A stretch of DNA of 64,000 nucleotides from Anaerolineae bacterium (GTDB taxonomy: Bacteria > Chloroflexota > Anaerolineae > UBA3071): positions 18,992-82,991 of the forward strand of contig JARYMM010000002.1 of the NCBI GenBank assembly GCA_029907105.1, read 5' to 3'. This document shows positions 62,852 through 64,000 of this stretch, piece after piece (positions within the stretch are counted from its first letter, which is position 1; every line of letters starts with the position of its first letter). Position numbers and translations under genes: made by a program. The notes under the pieces were generated by a model. It was not told the origin of the DNA. It ran no database searches and saw nothing but the letters and a program-made list of their open reading frames with translations.

Positions 62852-64000
62852 TCACCATTCCCCAGGCTCCAGCAATGGGTCCATGCCTACCACATCACCA
62901 TTTCGCAGGTAGACCCGTGTGACCCGCGGAAGGATGCTCGTCGTCACCTCGTAGTTGATGGTCTCGGCCCAGCCGGCCACTTCTTCGGCGGTGATCTCCG
63001 CCTCCCCCTGCCGTCCGAAGAGCACCACTTCGTCGTCCTGTTGCACGCCGGCGGTGCCACTGACGTCCACCACGAACTGGTCCATGCACACGCGGCCCAC
63101 GATGGGGGCGCGCTGGCCGCCGATGAGCACGGCACCGCGGTTGGACAGGAGGCGGTGGTAGCCGTCGCCATAGCCCACCGGCACCAGGGCCACCTCCGTC
63201 GGCCGCGTGGTGATGTAAGTGCGCCCGTAGCTGATGCTGGAGCCGGCGGGCAGCGTGCGCAGGCGGGCCACGCGGCTCTTGAGGCTCATCGCCGGGCGCA
63301 GGGGGACAGGCGGCTCCACCTCGGCGGAAGGGCGCAGCCCGTAGAGGGCGATGCCGCAGCGCACCGCGTCCAGGGACATCTCCGGCAGGTCCAGCGTGGC
63401 GGCGGAGTTGGCGACGTGGCGCAGGGGGATGGAGATGCCCACGTCCTGCAGCCGCGTCAGCAGTTGGCAGTAAATGGCGAACTGACGACGGGTGTAGGTT
63501 TTGTCGGCCGCATCGGCGGTGGCGAAGTGGGTGTAGAAGCCTTCCAGGTGCAGCCCGGGAAGCTGCACCAACGCCTGGGCGAAGTCGGCCACCTCTTCCG
63601 GCAGCAGCCCGAAGCGGCCCATGCCTGTGTCGGCCTTGATGTGTACGGGGAGCGACACGCCCGCCGCCGTCGCTGCGGCGCTGAGCGCTTGCGCCTGCGC
63701 CCAGGTGTTCACCGTAGGCGTGAGCCGCCAGCGGACGATAGTTTCCGCCTCGGCGGGCAAGGTGTAGCCCATAAGCAGGATGGGGGCCTCGATGCCTGCC
63801 CGGCGCAACTGCACGCCTTCCAGCGTGCGCACCACGGCCAGGCGGCTGGCCGCGGCCTGCAATGCGGCGCGGGCCACGGCCACCGCGCCGTGACCGTAGG
63901 CGTTGGCCTTGACCACAGCGATGAGTTCAGCCTGTTCGCCGGCCCGCCGCTTGAGTTGGCGGGCATTGTGCGCTACAGCGTCCAGATCAATCTCCGCCCA
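62852..64000 (-). CDS. alr: alanine racemase; N-terminus beyond the window end
   Basis: Has the AVVKANAYGHG PLP-lysine motif. The reading frame continues open to nt 64000 (WAEIDLDAV...). Confidence 0.85.
   Translation of the reverse strand, partial: WAEIDLDAVAHNARQLKRRAGEQAELIAVVKANAYGHGAVAVARAALQAAASRLAVVRTLEGVQLRRAGIEAPILLMGYTLPAEAETIVRWRLTPTVNTWAQAQALSAAATAAGVSLPVHIKADTGMGRFGLLPEEVADFAQALVQLPGLHLEGFYTHFATADAADKTYTRRQFAIYCQLLTRLQDVGISIPLRHVANSAATLDLPEMSLDAVRCGIALYGLRPSAEVEPPVPLRPAMSLKSRVARLRTLPAGSSISYGRTYITTRPTEVALVPVGYGDGYHRLLSNRGAVLIGGQRAPIVGRVCMDQFVVDVSGTAGVQQDDEVVLFGRQGEAEITAEEVAGWAETINYEVTTSILPRVTRVYLRNGDVVGMDPLLEPGEW

Overview
This is a 64-kb stretch of high-GC (about 65%) bacterial chromosome, densely coded on both strands, with roughly 53 protein genes. 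I found no rRNA, tRNA, CRISPR array, transposase or prophage. The many overlapping antisense ORFs in the six-frame track are GC-driven artefacts and are not reported as genes. Main contents follow. (1) Housekeeping genes: rsmA (5'-truncated at the window edge), an EF-G paralog, pyk, ndk, rsfS, rpoD, pcm, archease, plsY, pnp, a XerC/D recombinase, and alr (3'-truncated at the window edge). (2) Envelope and secreted proteins: a LysM L,D-transpeptidase carrying a recent 183-bp tandem duplication, a LysM/(PQPC)6 protein, a GT39/ArnT-like giant, a GT2, an HExxH metalloprotease, a 1.37-kaa BNR/Asp-box propeller protein, and a beta-solenoid repeat protein. (3) A predicted light-response cluster: a CarH/LitR-type B12-binding MerR regulator, then a TspO-like protein, CPD photolyase, a Rieske oxygenase and an MFS transporter. 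(4) An anaerobe-type oxidative-stress operon: PerR/Fur, a rubrerythrin-like protein, rubredoxin, flavodiiron FprA, NAD(P)H:rubredoxin oxidoreductase, rubrerythrin, peroxiredoxin and a small Cys-rich protein. In this operon the peroxiredoxin has an in-frame TGA exactly at the peroxidatic Cys codon. A second, PRXL2-type redoxin elsewhere has TGA at the first Cys of its CxxC motif. Both TGAs are followed by a small hairpin sharing a GCAGTTGC loop motif, so both are candidate selenoproteins. (5) A low-GC islet with a HepT/MntA (HEPN/MNT) toxin-antitoxin pair. (6) Two unusual DNA-repair fusions: UvdE with an unknown 290-aa C-terminal extension, and a UvrD-like helicase with an inserted DnaQ-type 3'-5' exonuclease. 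(7) At least four families of short interspersed palindromic repeats. The most striking has arms built from tandem 7-nt units. It occurs intergenically as long hairpins (one provides a start codon, one a stop codon and C-terminus) and also inserted in-frame inside four genes as low-complexity peptide. Several sigma70 promoters of the extended -10 type (TGnTATAAT/TATACT) are recognisable. The organism is possibly Chloroflexota-like (Pro/Thr-rich linkers, LysM proteins, high GC), but this is a weak guess.
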